A stretch of 64,000 nucleotides of DNA from the NCBI RefSeq assembly GCF_018977255.1, contig NW_024704742.1, forward strand, positions 14,138,001 to 14,202,000, given 5' to 3'. Shown here piece by piece: positions 62,425-64,000 of this stretch. This stretch comes from Callorhinchus milii (Eukaryota). Below the pieces are notes generated by a model, which had not been told where the DNA came from, did no database searches, and was given only the letters and a program-made list of their open reading frames with translations. Numbering within the stretch: the first letter of the stretch is position 1; each line of letters starts with the position of its first letter. The position numbers were made by a program, and so were the translations under genes.

Positions 62425-63390
62425 CGACAACTCAGATTTATATAGCAACCTCCACGCCAGACGGCGTCTCAGAGCGCTTCACAATAACGGATCACGGGCC
62501 GAGGGAGGGAGAGGAAGGTGACCAAAGCCGCGGTCGAAAAGAAAGGACTTCAGCCGAGACCTGAAAATAGGGTGCGAGGCAAAGGGAGTGAGGAGGGGAG
62601 TTCCAGATCCTCGGGGTGTAGTGGCTAAAGGCACGGCCGCTGATAGTGGAGTAGAGGACTCGGGGGACAAGGAGGAGGCCAGACCCAGTGGAGCGAAGGC
62701 AACGGGCACTGTTGTGAGGAGAGGTGGGGGGGGGAGAGGAGTGGAGGGATTTGAAGACAAGATCTTGAAGTCGATCCTCTCAGAGACAGGCAGCCAGTGC
62801 AATCTGGCAAGGACTGGGGTAATCGGAGAGCGGAGTTTGGTGCGGGTGAGAACGCGGGCGGCAGAGTTCTGAATGACCTGGATTTTTTGGATGGTAGTGG
62901 AGGGGAGACTGGTGAGGAGGGTATTTGAATAGTCCAGCCAAGAGGTGACACAGCATGGACCAGGGTTTCAGTGGCTTTTGGGATGAGGTATTGGCGGAAA
63001 CGGGCGATGCGTTCGAGGTGGAAGAAAACGATGCTGGTGAGGGACCAGATGTGGGGAAGGATTATTGGGGGTCGAACCTGACCCCTAGGTTGCGTACAGG
63101 TTCGGAGAGTTTATGGGGTGGTCGGGTAGGTGGAGAAGGTGAGAACCATACGATTTAAGATGTTGATGAGAGCCAAAGAGTATGGCTTCCGTCTTGTCAA
63201 CGTTTAGCTGAAGAAAATTCACGCTCATCCAGCCCCTGATATCTGACAGGCAGGCTGACAGACCATCAGGGGACTGGGGGTCGCAAAGTGAGGTGGAAAA
63301 ATAGGGGTACCCCGCAGGTAACCAGGTGAGAGCGGGAGGAAAAGTTGTTTGTGCAGATGTACTGCTGGTGGTTCGTGAGGTAGGTCACTT
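62425..63390 (-). mobile_element. L2 LINE 3' fragment (another subfamily)
   Basis: LHWLPVSERIDFKIL, SRLKSFLFDR and a WMSVNFLQLNVDKTEA frame. Confidence 0.88.
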
Positions 63391-63571
63391 TATGACTGTT
63401 TGTGGGACATTGATGTGTACAAATTGGCTGTGGGGTTCATCTACAGAATATACAGTCACTACACACTACAGTAAATCCTATGAAGTTCTCTGAGATCTTT
63501 TAATCCCATTTCCTTGCCTTTACTCGATACCCTTTAATAACTTTACTTCCAAAGTATGTATATCTATTCTC

Positions 63572-63640
63572 TCCATCCATCCATCCATCCATCCATCCAT
63601 CCATCCATCCATCCATCCATCCATCTATCTATCCATCTAT
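63572..63640. repeat. (TCCA)n microsatellite
   Basis: Direct reading of the tandem repeat. Confidence 0.95.
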
Positions 63641-63820
63641 AACAATAATCTTAGCATTTGATATGGCGCATTATCATGTCGTTGAGACATCTCAAAGTGC
63701 TTCACAGAATATATTGTGAAGTGGAATGACTGTTATTTTGTAGGTGAAACACGGCAGCTAATTGCGCACAGCAGTGTCCCACAAACAGTCGTCGACTGAG
63801 TGACCAAATGATTATTAATT
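63641..63820 (-). mobile_element. SINE 3' half
   Basis: GCATTTGATATGGCGC..GCGCACAGCAGTGTCCCACAAACAGTCG. Confidence 0.85.
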
Positions 63821-64000
63821 ATCTCCCTTTTAAACCATATTCATGCATTTTCAATGAAGCTGCTCCACGAAGCACCAGTAACCACTATCAGAGGTGACCA
63901 ATGGAGAAAAATAACATGAATTAAAGTTTTGTGTACAAGGTAGAATATTGGTTATTATATGGGGTTTGACTTTCAATAAAAGTGCTACGTATTCCTGTTT

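Noticed and set aside
1..64000. CRISPR array, retron or other prokaryotic RT system
   Set aside because: No regularly spaced repeat-spacer array or operon structure; all RT motifs belong to vertebrate non-LTR retrotransposons.

Overview
This is eukaryotic, repeat-rich, AT-rich and CpG-depleted vertebrate DNA. The repeat content points to a cartilaginous fish, probably a chimaera or elephant-shark-like genome (inference from L2 and CR1 LINEs, tRNA-Ala-headed SINEs with Deu-like bodies and L2-like tails, older SacSINE1/AmnSINE1-like and LF-SINE-like elements, Penelope-type foldback fragments and MITEs). I recognise no intact host protein-coding gene, rRNA, functional tRNA or CRISPR array. The long ORFs with recognisable homology are decayed LINE ORF2 (endonuclease/RT) pieces or their antisense frames. 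The window looks like a large intron or intergenic region, possibly of a + strand gene with short alternative first exons (unproven). The main observations are: an exact 193-bp local duplication inside a SINE fragment; a 155-nt foldback hairpin in an unclassified repeat whose copies appear circularly permuted; a decayed minimal hammerhead ribozyme core; a covarying SINE/L2 3' stem-loop; and several nested insertions. I found no convincing novel multi-gene system. Repeat boundaries are approximate and family names come from recalled consensus sequences, not database searches.
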